64,000 nucleotides of DNA from Candidatus Levyibacteriota bacterium (lineage in GTDB: Bacteria; Patescibacteriota; Microgenomatia; Levybacterales; UBA12049). A program made the translations under genes and the position numbers. Below the pieces are notes generated by a model. The model saw nothing but the letters and a program-made list of their open reading frames with translations, did not search any database and had not been told where the DNA came from. The stretch spans positions 67,454 through 131,453 of the forward strand of contig PJMG01000022.1 of assembly GCA_003173895.1 (NCBI GenBank), given 5' to 3'. Shown piece after piece: positions 22,290 through 31,839 of this stretch. Numbering within the stretch: the first letter of the stretch is position 1; each line of letters opens with the position of its first letter.

Positions 22290-23927
22290 ATGAAAATAAT
22301 AAAAAATATTTTTTTTATTTTACTTATTTCAATAGGTATATTTTTTAGATTTTATAATTTAAATTGGGGCTCTCCTTTTTATTTTCATCCTGATGAGAGA
22401 AATATAATTTATTCAGTATTACAATTATCATTTTCAAATTTTAACCCTAATTTTTTTGCTTATGGTAGTTTACCCATTTATAACATTTTCTTTTTAGATT
22501 CTTTATTGAATATTTTCAATCATTCTCCCATAAGTTTTAATCAAGCAATCTTAACTGGTAGATTTTTCAGTTTTTTATTATCTTGTTTTTCTTTATATTT
22601 AATTTATCAAATCACATTAAAAATAAAAAATAAAAATGCTGCTTTAATTGCTTTAATTTTATCTACATTTAGTGTAGGCTTTATTCAATTTTCACATTTT
22701 TTAACTTTCGAAACTTGGCTTATATTTTTAAACTTATTGTTTTTATTTTTATGTTTAAAACAATATCAAAAATCCGATTTAAAAAATTTTATTTTGGCAT
22801 CAGTTGTTTTTGGATTATTTATTTCTATAAAAATAATTGCTACTCCTTATTTATTAATTTATTTAATAATTCTTTTTGAAACAAATAGAAAAAATTTAAA
22901 GAAATTTTTTTCTTATTCTTTAAGTTTTATAACTATTTCAATTTTAATATTTATAGTTACAAACCCTTTTACTTTTTTAGACAGAGTAGATTTCTTAAAT
23001 AGTATAAATTACGAATCATCAGTAGCATTAGGTAATATAAATGTCTTTTACACCCAAGAATTTATAAATACTAAGCCTTTTATTTTTCAATTTCTACATA
23101 CTTTACCATTTTTACTTAATCCTATTGTAGAAATAATATTTATTATTTCTTTTTTGTACTTAATCTATTTAGTATTTATAAAAAGAGATTTTAAATATTT
23201 TATTATTTTACTTTTTATATTTTTAACAATTTTCCCCTCATTTATCTTTTTTGTTAAATGGACTAGATATACATTTTTAGTTTTACCTTTTGTGTATATT
23301 TGCATTGGAATATTTTTAGATGATTTAAGAAATTTATTTAGAAAGACTAATTTTGCTATAAAATATAGCTATGTAAGCTTCATATTAATTATATTTTTAT
23401 TTTCATTTATTTTTTCTTTTTCCTATTTTAAAACTGTTTATTTAACTACAGACTCTAGAATCCAAGCATTTAATTTTTTAGTCAAAAATACCAGTTCAAA
23501 TACTCATATTCTTTCAGAAAGTTATGATTTGGGAATCATTCCATTTAACAGCTATTTTAAAAACATTACGCTTTTTGATTTCTATGATTTGGAGAATAAT
23601 TCAGGATTAAAAACTAATCTACCTCAATTATTAGAATCTAACGATTTTATTATCTTACCAAGTCAAAGAATTATGAAAACTAGATTTTTAAATGCAAAAT
23701 ATTTTCCACTTGGAAATAAATTCTATGTAAATTTGTTTAATAACAAATTAGGTTATGTTCTAATATACCAAACTAATTGTGATAATTTTTGTAGAATTAT
23801 TTATATTAATAATCCAGTTTTTGCTTATGAAGAAACTGTTAATGTATTTGATCGGCCCCAAGTTTTTGTATTTAAAAAATATAAACAATTATCTTTAGAC
23901 CAATATAAAAATATTTTAAATCTATGA
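22290..23927 (+). CDS. GT-C glycosyltransferase (PMT/GT39-like)
   Basis: HPDER and NP.FFAYGS.P motifs; many TM helices. Confidence 0.82.
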   Translation: MKIIKNIFFILLISIGIFFRFYNLNWGSPFYFHPDERNIIYSVLQLSFSNFNPNFFAYGSLPIYNIFFLDSLLNIFNHSPISFNQAILTGRFFSFLLSCFSLYLIYQITLKIKNKNAALIALILSTFSVGFIQFSHFLTFETWLIFLNLLFLFLCLKQYQKSDLKNFILASVVFGLFISIKIIATPYLLIYLIILFETNRKNLKKFFSYSLSFITISILIFIVTNPFTFLDRVDFLNSINYESSVALGNINVFYTQEFINTKPFIFQFLHTLPFLLNPIVEIIFIISFLYLIYLVFIKRDFKYFIILLFIFLTIFPSFIFFVKWTRYTFLVLPFVYICIGIFLDDLRNLFRKTNFAIKYSYVSFILIIFLFSFIFSFSYFKTVYLTTDSRIQAFNFLVKNTSSNTHILSESYDLGIIPFNSYFKNITLFDFYDLENNSGLKTNLPQLLESNDFIILPSQRIMKTRFLNAKYFPLGNKFYVNLFNNKLGYVLIYQTNCDNFCRIIYINNPVFAYEETVNVFDRPQVFVFKKYKQLSLDQYKNILNL

Positions 23928-25669
23928 AATCCAAATTAATAAAATTATTTTTAATACTTTGTCTAATTTTAGGATTTTTTCTAAGAACTTATGATTTAAA
24001 TTGGGATCAGGGTTTTCATTTGCATCCTGATGAAAGAGCTATAGTACTTTATGCTTTACCACTTAAAGTGGTATCAAATTTTAAAGAATTTTTTTCTATA
24101 AATAGTAGTTTAAATCCTCATTTTTTTGCTTACGGCAGTTTTCCCATTTATTTATTAAAATTTGTTGCTCAAGCTTTATCTATTTTTAACTCTAATATCA
24201 CTCAATATGGAAATATTAATTTATTGGGAAGATTTATTTCTGCTCTGTTTGATAGTACAACTATCTTTATAATTTATTTAATTACTAAAAAAATTAGCTC
24301 TCGTAAAACAGCATTAATTGCTAGTTTTATCTATTCCATTAGTGTTTTACCAATACAACTTTCCCATTTTTATGCAGTAGACACATTACTTACTTTTTTT
24401 ATTACTTTAACTATTTACCAGCTTATACTTTTTTATGAAAATCCAAATGTTTATAATGCGCTTGTTACAGGAATTATTATTGGATTTTCTTTGGCAACCA
24501 AAACTAGTGCTATAGCTTTAGTTTCAGCAGTTGGGGCAACTAGTATAATAGATTTTATTTTACTTTTTTTTAAAAATCCTCATAAATTTCACATTTGGTT
24601 TCCACATGTATCTAAATATCTAAAAAAATTAATAATAGAATTATTTATCATTCTGTCTACTAGTTTTATAACTTTTATACTAATAGAACCTTACGCGTTA
24701 ATCGATTTTAATGAATTTTGGACACAGAATTTACAACAATCTCAGATGACTCATAATGCCTTTATTTTCCCCTATACACTTCAATATGTTGGAATTGTTC
24801 CTTATTTTTATGAAATTAAAAATATATTTCTTTGGGGAGAAGGATCAGTAATATCAATCTTATCTTTTATAGGAATTTTCTTTATAGTTAAGCACCTGTT
24901 AAAGGAGGATTATCAAAGGAAATCTCAAAAAATATTAATAATGTTAATTTTTGCTATTTCTTATTTTGCTGTAGTAGGTAAATTTGCAGTTGGATTTATG
25001 AGATATATGCTACCACTTTATCCAATTTTATCTATTTTAGCGAGTTTTACAATTTCATTTTTTGAGGAAAAGATAACTAGTAAAAAATTAAAGATCATTT
25101 TAAGTCTAATTTTAGCTACACTTATAGTTTCGTGGACTTTTACTTTTATGAAAATTTATACTCAACCTAATACTCGAGTATCTGCTACTAACTGGATTAA
25201 TAAAAATATACCTGTAGGATCTACCATAACTATCGAACATTGGGATGACAGTTTACCTTTAATTGGACAGGAAAATTATAATATGATTACTTTACCTCTT
25301 TATGACCCTGACACATTAGAGAAATGGGTTGCAATTAATCAAAATTTAAAAAAAACAGACTATATAATTTTAGCGTCTAACAGGCTTTATGTACCGTTAC
25401 AAAAATTAACTAATTGTAAAAATCTTCCAGAATTCAAGTGCTACCCCATAACTGCCAATTATTATAAAAATTTATTTGTGGGTAAAAATGTTTTACAACT
25501 GCTTAATCAAATTCATGTGACTAATGCAATTGCAAAATTTAAGTTAGTCGCCGTTTTTCAAAATAATCCTACTATCCCTCTTTTAAATTTTAAAATTAAT
25601 GATCAAGTAGCAGATGAATCCTTTACAGTTTATGATCATCCAACAGTTATGATATTTAAAAAAGAGTAA
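23924..25669 (+). CDS. GT-C glycosyltransferase (PMT/GT39-like), paralog of the upstream gene
   Basis: HPDER, NPHFFAYGS, SHFYAVD and ESFTVYDHP motifs. Confidence 0.85.
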   Translation: MKSKLIKLFLILCLILGFFLRTYDLNWDQGFHLHPDERAIVLYALPLKVVSNFKEFFSINSSLNPHFFAYGSFPIYLLKFVAQALSIFNSNITQYGNINLLGRFISALFDSTTIFIIYLITKKISSRKTALIASFIYSISVLPIQLSHFYAVDTLLTFFITLTIYQLILFYENPNVYNALVTGIIIGFSLATKTSAIALVSAVGATSIIDFILLFFKNPHKFHIWFPHVSKYLKKLIIELFIILSTSFITFILIEPYALIDFNEFWTQNLQQSQMTHNAFIFPYTLQYVGIVPYFYEIKNIFLWGEGSVISILSFIGIFFIVKHLLKEDYQRKSQKILIMLIFAISYFAVVGKFAVGFMRYMLPLYPILSILASFTISFFEEKITSKKLKIILSLILATLIVSWTFTFMKIYTQPNTRVSATNWINKNIPVGSTITIEHWDDSLPLIGQENYNMITLPLYDPDTLEKWVAINQNLKKTDYIILASNRLYVPLQKLTNCKNLPEFKCYPITANYYKNLFVGKNVLQLLNQIHVTNAIAKFKLVAVFQNNPTIPLLNFKINDQVADESFTVYDHPTVMIFKKE

Positions 25670-25702
25670 ACATAATATTTTAAATCTGTTAAAATTTATT
25701 CT

Positions 25703-26746
25703 ATGAAAAAGAAAAAAGTGTTAATTACTGGAGGAACTGGTTTTCTAGGTTGTCATTTAGCTCGGCAACTTTTGAAAGATAAATTTGAAGTTTATTTATA
25801 CGATCTATCTAACTTAGATGCTAAAGATTTAATTGGAAAAGTAAAATTTATTAAAGGTGATATTAGAAATTCTAAATTAATTGAAGATTCGTTAAAAACT
25901 GTTGATTTTGTAGTTCATGCCGCCGCTGCACTTCCCATTCAAAGAGATAAAAAAACTATTTATAGCGTAAATATAAGTGGTACAGAGACTATAATTAAAG
26001 CAGCTATTAAAAATAAAATTAAAAAACTTATTTTTATTTCTTCCACTGCTGTTTATGGTGTACCCAAAATTTTACCAGAGACAGAAGATGCTCCAATTCA
26101 TCCCATTGGTTATTACGGAGAATCAAAAGTAGCAGGAGAAAAATTATGTAAACAATATTCTAATGAGGGTTTAAATTATATAATTATTCGTCCTAAAACT
26201 TTTCTAGGAACGGAAAGGTTAGGAGTATTTCAAATTTGGTTTGAAGCAATTTATCAGAAAAAACCAATTTTCATACTAGGTAATGGAAGTAATAAATATC
26301 AACTTTTAGCAGTTACTGATTTAACCAATCTTATATCAAAATGCTTACTTAGTAATGAAACTAATATAATTATAAATGCTGGAGCTGAAGAATTTTTGAC
26401 TTGGAGAAAAGATTTAGGTAGTGTTATAAAATTTGCAAAATCAAACACTAAAATAATTTCTCTTCCAAATATTCCTTCTCAGGTTATACTTTGGATTTTA
26501 GATAAATTAAATCTTTCACCTATTAGCGCATGGCATTATAAAACATTACCAGTTAATTCCTATGTTTCTATAGATAAAGCTAAAAAAATATTAAATTGGA
26601 AACCTAAAAAATCAAATCAAAAATTGCTAGTAGAAACATATGACTGGTATCAAAAAAATAGAAATCAATTTATATATAAACAAGGTAAAACTCATAGAGT
26701 AGGCTGGAATTTTGGAGTGTTAAATATTTTTGAAAAATTCTTTTAA
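25703..26746 (+). CDS. NAD-dependent epimerase/dehydratase (extended SDR)
   Basis: TGGTGFLG, SSTAVYG and YGESK motifs. Confidence 0.9.
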   Translation: MKKKKVLITGGTGFLGCHLARQLLKDKFEVYLYDLSNLDAKDLIGKVKFIKGDIRNSKLIEDSLKTVDFVVHAAAALPIQRDKKTIYSVNISGTETIIKAAIKNKIKKLIFISSTAVYGVPKILPETEDAPIHPIGYYGESKVAGEKLCKQYSNEGLNYIIIRPKTFLGTERLGVFQIWFEAIYQKKPIFILGNGSNKYQLLAVTDLTNLISKCLLSNETNIIINAGAEEFLTWRKDLGSVIKFAKSNTKIISLPNIPSQVILWILDKLNLSPISAWHYKTLPVNSYVSIDKAKKILNWKPKKSNQKLLVETYDWYQKNRNQFIYKQGKTHRVGWNFGVLNIFEKFF

Positions 26747-26749
26747 ATT

Positions 26750-27295
26750 ATGAGAATTGGTTTTGATTTAGATAAAGTTTTTATCAATTATCCACCATTT
26801 ATTCCAGCTTTTATTTTTGATAAATTTTATAAAGAAAAAGACAATGGAGAATTAAAATATAGAATTCCAGGGAAAATTGACCAACAGATCAGAAAATTAA
26901 TCCATTTCCCATTTCTTAGACCACCAATTAAAGAAAATATTAATTTCCTTAAAGAATTAAGTAAGAATTCAGACTATGAACTATATTTAATTACCAGTAG
27001 ATATAATTTTTTAGAAAAAAGGACTCTTCAACTTTTGAAAAAATATAAATTTGATAAATTATTTAAAAAAATATTTATCAATATTAAAAATGAACAACCA
27101 CATTTTTTTAAAGATAGAATTATAAAAGAAGAAAATATAGAAGTTTATTTCGATGATGACTTATCTCTTTTAAAACATTTGCATAAAGAAAATCCAAATT
27201 TAATATTATTCTGGCTTTCTCATAATAAAAATATAAAAGCTCAATCACCTATAAAAACAATTGGGAAATTAAGTGATTCACTTAATTATAGATGA
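26750..27295 (+). CDS. HAD-superfamily phosphatase/nucleotidase-like
   Basis: GFDLDKVF, ITSR, K and FDDD motifs. Confidence 0.75.
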   Translation: MRIGFDLDKVFINYPPFIPAFIFDKFYKEKDNGELKYRIPGKIDQQIRKLIHFPFLRPPIKENINFLKELSKNSDYELYLITSRYNFLEKRTLQLLKKYKFDKLFKKIFINIKNEQPHFFKDRIIKEENIEVYFDDDLSLLKHLHKENPNLILFWLSHNKNIKAQSPIKTIGKLSDSLNYR

Positions 27296-27345
27296 ATTCC
27301 AAAGTTGGAATCTTAAATAATCTGAGTATATAAAATTTATTTTAT

Positions 27346-29517
27346 ATGTATTTAATTGATTTATCATATATTTTGAGATGGTGGTTTATTTATTTAGTAA
27401 TAGGTGTTATTTTTTTACCTTTTACTATTTTTATTTTTAAGAACTTTTTTGATCGAGGATATATTTTCTCTAAAATATTAGGAAGTGCTGTTATAACTTA
27501 CTTAATTTTTATTACTTCAGAACTACATCTATTTACTTTTGAAAGTCAAAACATTTATTTTATTTCAATAATATTGATATTTATTTCTGTAGTTTTTGCC
27601 AAGAAAACTAATTTTAATATTCGAGACTTACCAATTAGATTTTTAATCTTTGAAGAATTTTTATTTCTAATAACACTTTTTTTCTGGTCTTCTATAAGAA
27701 ATTTTCAACCAGACATTCATGGACTAGAAAAATTTATGGATTTTGGCTTTATAAATTCTATTCTAAGAACTAAATATTTACCTCCAATCGATATTTGGTA
27801 TCCACCTTTTTCAATCAATTATTATTATTTTGGTCATTTAACTACAGCTGTTTTAACTAAAATGGTAAGTATAGATTCCAAAATTACTTTTAATTTAATG
27901 GTAGCGACAATTTTTGCTTTTTGCTTTACAGCTATTTTTTCTATTTCTGCAAATTTAATTTATTTATTTAATTTTTTACAAGAAAAAAAGTTATTACTAA
28001 GTCGAAAATTAAAATTTATTATGCTTTTTACAGGAATATTATCTGCACTTCTAATTTCTTTTGGTGGTAATCTTCATACAATTTATGCATTCTTTAAAGC
28101 ATACGATGTGAATAATCCTATACCATTTTGGCAGTTAAAATTTTTACCACTAACTTTTCCTAATCAATATTGGTACCCAAATGCTACTCGCTTTATTTAT
28201 CATACAATTCATGAATTTCCCATTTATTCCTTTGTAGTTTCAGATTTACATGGACACGTTTTAGATATACCAAATGTATTATTAGCAATTGCTATCTTAC
28301 TAGCAATTTTTATTAGATTTAAAAATTATGATAATAACAAAATAAAAATCGCTTCTAAAAGTTGGCGAATGGATACTGGAATTTTACTATTAGTAGGATT
28401 TTTATTAGCAATACTTTATATGACTAATGCCTGGGATAGTTTAATTTATTTATCTGTTTTTGCACTTTTTATATTTTGTTTTTCTAAAGAAATTTTGATA
28501 AAAAAAATAATTTTAATTTTACTTACATTTCTATCTTTTCTATTATTTTCTCTCCCTTTTTCCATATTTTTTCAACCTTTAGCTATAGCTAATCAAGTGG
28601 GTTTGGTTTGTAGCCCTAATTTTTTAATACATATCGGTCATATTGGCCCATTAGTTTTTGAGCCAAATCAGTGTGATCATTCTTATTGGTGGGAACTACT
28701 CATTCTTTATGGATTCTTTATTTTTAATTTTTTAAGCTTTATATTTTTTATTACTAAGAAAAAACAAAATCCTATCGATGAATTTATTGTTTTTTTATCA
28801 ATGATGGGGTTTTTATTAATTATTATCCCTGAATTTTTTTATTTAAAAGATATTTATACCACTTATTACCGAGCTAATACCATGTTTAAATTAGTCTATC
28901 AAGCATTTATAATCCTTTCTTTATCCTCTGGTTATATGATCATTAGAATTATTACTAGTTTTAAAGACTATTCTAATATTAAAAAAATCTTCTCTTTAAT
29001 TTTTATTTTATTCGAAATAGCATTATTAACTCTGGTTTTTTTATATTCTTTTTTTGCAATTAATGGATACTACGGTAATTTAGAAACTCCTAAAGGATTA
29101 AATGGACAAAAATATTTAGATATACTTTATCCTGATGACTATAAAGCAATCAATTGGATAAATCAAAATATTAAAGGGCAACCCATTATGTTAGAAGCCC
29201 AAGGAGACTCATATACTGATTATGAAAGAATCTCTACTAATACTGGCTTACCTACCATTCTCGGCTGGACAGTTCATGAGTGGTTATGGCGAGGAAGTTA
29301 CGATATATTAGTTCCTAGAATTAATGATATTAAAACTATCTATGAAACATCCAATATCAACTTAACTAAAGAACTGCTTCAGCAGTATAACGTCAAATAT
29401 GTTTATATAGGAAATTTAGAAAAACAAAAATATCCAAATTTAAATGAAGAAAAATTTAATGAAATTGGAACCTTAATTTATCAAAGCTCTACTGTGAAAA
29501 TATTTGAATTAAATTAA
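27346..29517 (+). CDS. YYY-motif membrane protein (DUF2298, GT-C-like)
   Basis: EKFMD, INYYYFG, IHEFP.YSF..SDLHGH, NTMFK and GW..HE..WR. Confidence 0.85.
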   Translation: MYLIDLSYILRWWFIYLVIGVIFLPFTIFIFKNFFDRGYIFSKILGSAVITYLIFITSELHLFTFESQNIYFISIILIFISVVFAKKTNFNIRDLPIRFLIFEEFLFLITLFFWSSIRNFQPDIHGLEKFMDFGFINSILRTKYLPPIDIWYPPFSINYYYFGHLTTAVLTKMVSIDSKITFNLMVATIFAFCFTAIFSISANLIYLFNFLQEKKLLLSRKLKFIMLFTGILSALLISFGGNLHTIYAFFKAYDVNNPIPFWQLKFLPLTFPNQYWYPNATRFIYHTIHEFPIYSFVVSDLHGHVLDIPNVLLAIAILLAIFIRFKNYDNNKIKIASKSWRMDTGILLLVGFLLAILYMTNAWDSLIYLSVFALFIFCFSKEILIKKIILILLTFLSFLLFSLPFSIFFQPLAIANQVGLVCSPNFLIHIGHIGPLVFEPNQCDHSYWWELLILYGFFIFNFLSFIFFITKKKQNPIDEFIVFLSMMGFLLIIIPEFFYLKDIYTTYYRANTMFKLVYQAFIILSLSSGYMIIRIITSFKDYSNIKKIFSLIFILFEIALLTLVFLYSFFAINGYYGNLETPKGLNGQKYLDILYPDDYKAINWINQNIKGQPIMLEAQGDSYTDYERISTNTGLPTILGWTVHEWLWRGSYDILVPRINDIKTIYETSNINLTKELLQQYNVKYVYIGNLEKQKYPNLNEEKFNEIGTLIYQSSTVKIFELN

Positions 29518-30056
29518 ATATAAAATCTATAATGAATTATATCTAATTTTCTTCCATCAGAAGTTGTAACTTTTTCTACTTCATTTGAAATCTCTCCACC
29601 TAATTTTTCAATCAAATTTATACTTGCTGAATTATTTCCATCAACTGGATAATCTAAATAATCAAAATCTAAATTCTCAGTTGCCCATTTAATTAAACCT
29701 TTTACAGCTTCTCTCCCAAAACCATGACCACTAGCAGATGATTTAATCCACAAACCTATTTCAGGTTTTCTGCTATTGGTATTATGTAATGCACAAATCC
29801 CTAAAAATTCATTAGTATTTTTGTGTATTACTATCATTACCAAACCTTCTTTTGAAGTAAGTCGTCTAACTCTTTCATTAATATAATTTTCAACAGATTC
29901 TAAATTTGGATGAACCTCAAGGGTCATATATTTTACAACCTTTGGCGTCAATTGAGTAAAAATATCTTGTGTGTAGTTTAAAGAAATAGGAAATAATTTT
30001 AATCTATCTGTTTCTATTTGTACATTTAAAAAATTTGTGAGTTTGCTATTGTCCAT
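29514..30056 (-). CDS. GNAT N-acetyltransferase (RimJ/RimL type)
   Basis: IETDRL.L, EIG.W, GHGFG.EA and N.AS..L.EKLG. Confidence 0.88.
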   Translation of the reverse strand: MDNSKLTNFLNVQIETDRLKLFPISLNYTQDIFTQLTPKVVKYMTLEVHPNLESVENYINERVRRLTSKEGLVMIVIHKNTNEFLGICALHNTNSRKPEIGLWIKSSASGHGFGREAVKGLIKWATENLDFDYLDYPVDGNNSASINLIEKLGGEISNEVEKVTTSDGRKLDIIHYRFYI

Positions 30057-31164
30057 TTGTATTTATTTCTGGTGTAGGAGTAGTTAGTGGTTTAACTGTA
30101 CAATTTCCAATAGTTATTTCACATATTACATATTTATTAATTTCACTAAAATTTCCATTTCCTACCCTAGGAATTAAGATATAAGCATACCCAAAATCTG
30201 CAGAGATTGGCCCATTTTCTAATAAACCTACTCTTCCTGTAGATAAATCGCCATAATCTATAACTGCATTTCTTATTTTTGCATCTTTCATTTTACTAAA
30301 AGTAGAAACAAAGGTAGGAATATCCGATTCTTTAATATTCGTATCAATACTGTCTTTAAAAACATTAAAAAGTTGAACCATTTTAACAGGATTTAGTAGA
30401 GTACCTGCTGAAAAAACTTTAGATTTTATAGCAGAAATAACTATTTGTTGACGGCGAGAACGTGCAAAATCAGTTCCTTCCACACCATCAGCGTGGCGTG
30501 AACGCACATATTCTAAAGCTTCCTGACCGTCCATATGTTGCTCTCCCTTTGCTACGTGTAAATGTTTATAACGACAATTAAAAAATTCCCAATTATCTAA
30601 TTCTGCTGAATCTGTAGATGTAAATTGTTTAATTTCTTGGGTAGAATGCCCACAATTAGCATCTTCCATTCCCTCAATTGGATAGAAATAATCATCTAAA
30701 GTATTAGGAGCATTTACATCAATTCCACCTAGTAAATCTACAGCTTTTTCAAATCCTTGAAAATCAATTCTAAAAGCATATTGAATCGGTTGTCCTGTAA
30801 CTTTACTTATTACCTTAGTTGGTTCTTCTAAATCATTAGAAGGATTATTATCTATACCTATTTGGTATGCTGTATTAACTTTACCTTGAAGTTCTGGAAT
30901 CCATAAATCACGAGGAATAGAAACCAAAGTTACTGTATCTTTTTTAGGATTAAGACTGGCTAAGATTATAGTATCTGTAAGGTTAGGCCCATCATGTGTA
31001 CCTCCTCCAATACCTAAAAGTAAAATATTGGTTACTCCATTTACATTTTTCAGCACAGGTAAAGGCTGAGGAATAATAGCCAGAGGTGATTTATGTGTAA
31101 ATCGACTCCATATAAAAACAATAATAACAAACACAACTAGCCAAAAAATTATTTTTCTAAGCAT
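30046..31164 (-). CDS. LCP (LytR-CpsA-Psr) phosphotransferase
   Basis: NILLLG, TDTI, SIPRD, AL.YVRSR and DF.R..RQ motifs. Confidence 0.93.
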   Translation of the reverse strand: MLRKIIFWLVVFVIIVFIWSRFTHKSPLAIIPQPLPVLKNVNGVTNILLLGIGGGTHDGPNLTDTIILASLNPKKDTVTLVSIPRDLWIPELQGKVNTAYQIGIDNNPSNDLEEPTKVISKVTGQPIQYAFRIDFQGFEKAVDLLGGIDVNAPNTLDDYFYPIEGMEDANCGHSTQEIKQFTSTDSAELDNWEFFNCRYKHLHVAKGEQHMDGQEALEYVRSRHADGVEGTDFARSRRQQIVISAIKSKVFSAGTLLNPVKMVQLFNVFKDSIDTNIKESDIPTFVSTFSKMKDAKIRNAVIDYGDLSTGRVGLLENGPISADFGYAYILIPRVGNGNFSEINKYVICEITIGNCTVKPLTTPTPEINTNGQ

Positions 31165-31819
31165 TTTTAATTATTTGATAAAAAAGTTGGGGATCTAAAC
31201 TAGCTCCACCTACTAAAACTCCATCTATGTTATTTTTTGAGGTAAAACCATTAACATTATCAGGAGTTACACTTCCCCCGTATAATGTATATTTTACATG
31301 TATATTTTTATTTTTCAATTCTTGACAAATTCTGTTTGCATCCTCAGGAGTATCAGGCTTTCCTGTTCCAATAGCAAAAAGAGGTTCGTAAGCTACTATA
31401 TGAATATTTTCCGGAATTTCCTGATCTACTGATGAAACACAGTAAATGATTTCTAAATTGGAGGCAATAGCTTGTTTTACTTTTTGATCTAAACTGACTT
31501 GATCTTCTTTTAAATATTCTCTAGCTTCGCTATGCCCAATTAAAACCATACTACAAAACTCTTTTATTTGTTTACCATTAATCATACTTGTATATGCACC
31601 TTCTCCAAAGGAGGAAATATCTTGAGCGCCAATTTCAATAATCGATTTAAGAGTTAAAAGATAAAACTGAACTGAAAAAAACAAGGTAAAAGAGGGGAAA
31701 ATAATAATCTTTTTATTAATAAAATTAAAATCAAAACTGGTAAATTTGTCTAACCATTCTTTAGTCTCAGAAGTAGTTTTATTTGACTTCCAATTTCCAG
31801 CAATTATTAAATCTTTCAT
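31157..31819 (-). CDS. tpiA: Triosephosphate isomerase (short)
   Basis: AGNWK, GHSE.R, AYEP..AIGTG, YGGSV and GVLVGGASL. Confidence 0.96.
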   Translation of the reverse strand: MKDLIIAGNWKSNKTTSETKEWLDKFTSFDFNFINKKIIIFPSFTLFFSVQFYLLTLKSIIEIGAQDISSFGEGAYTSMINGKQIKEFCSMVLIGHSEAREYLKEDQVSLDQKVKQAIASNLEIIYCVSSVDQEIPENIHIVAYEPLFAIGTGKPDTPEDANRICQELKNKNIHVKYTLYGGSVTPDNVNGFTSKNNIDGVLVGGASLDPQLFYQIIKNA

Positions 31820-31839
31820 GTGATAAAATCATTATACCT

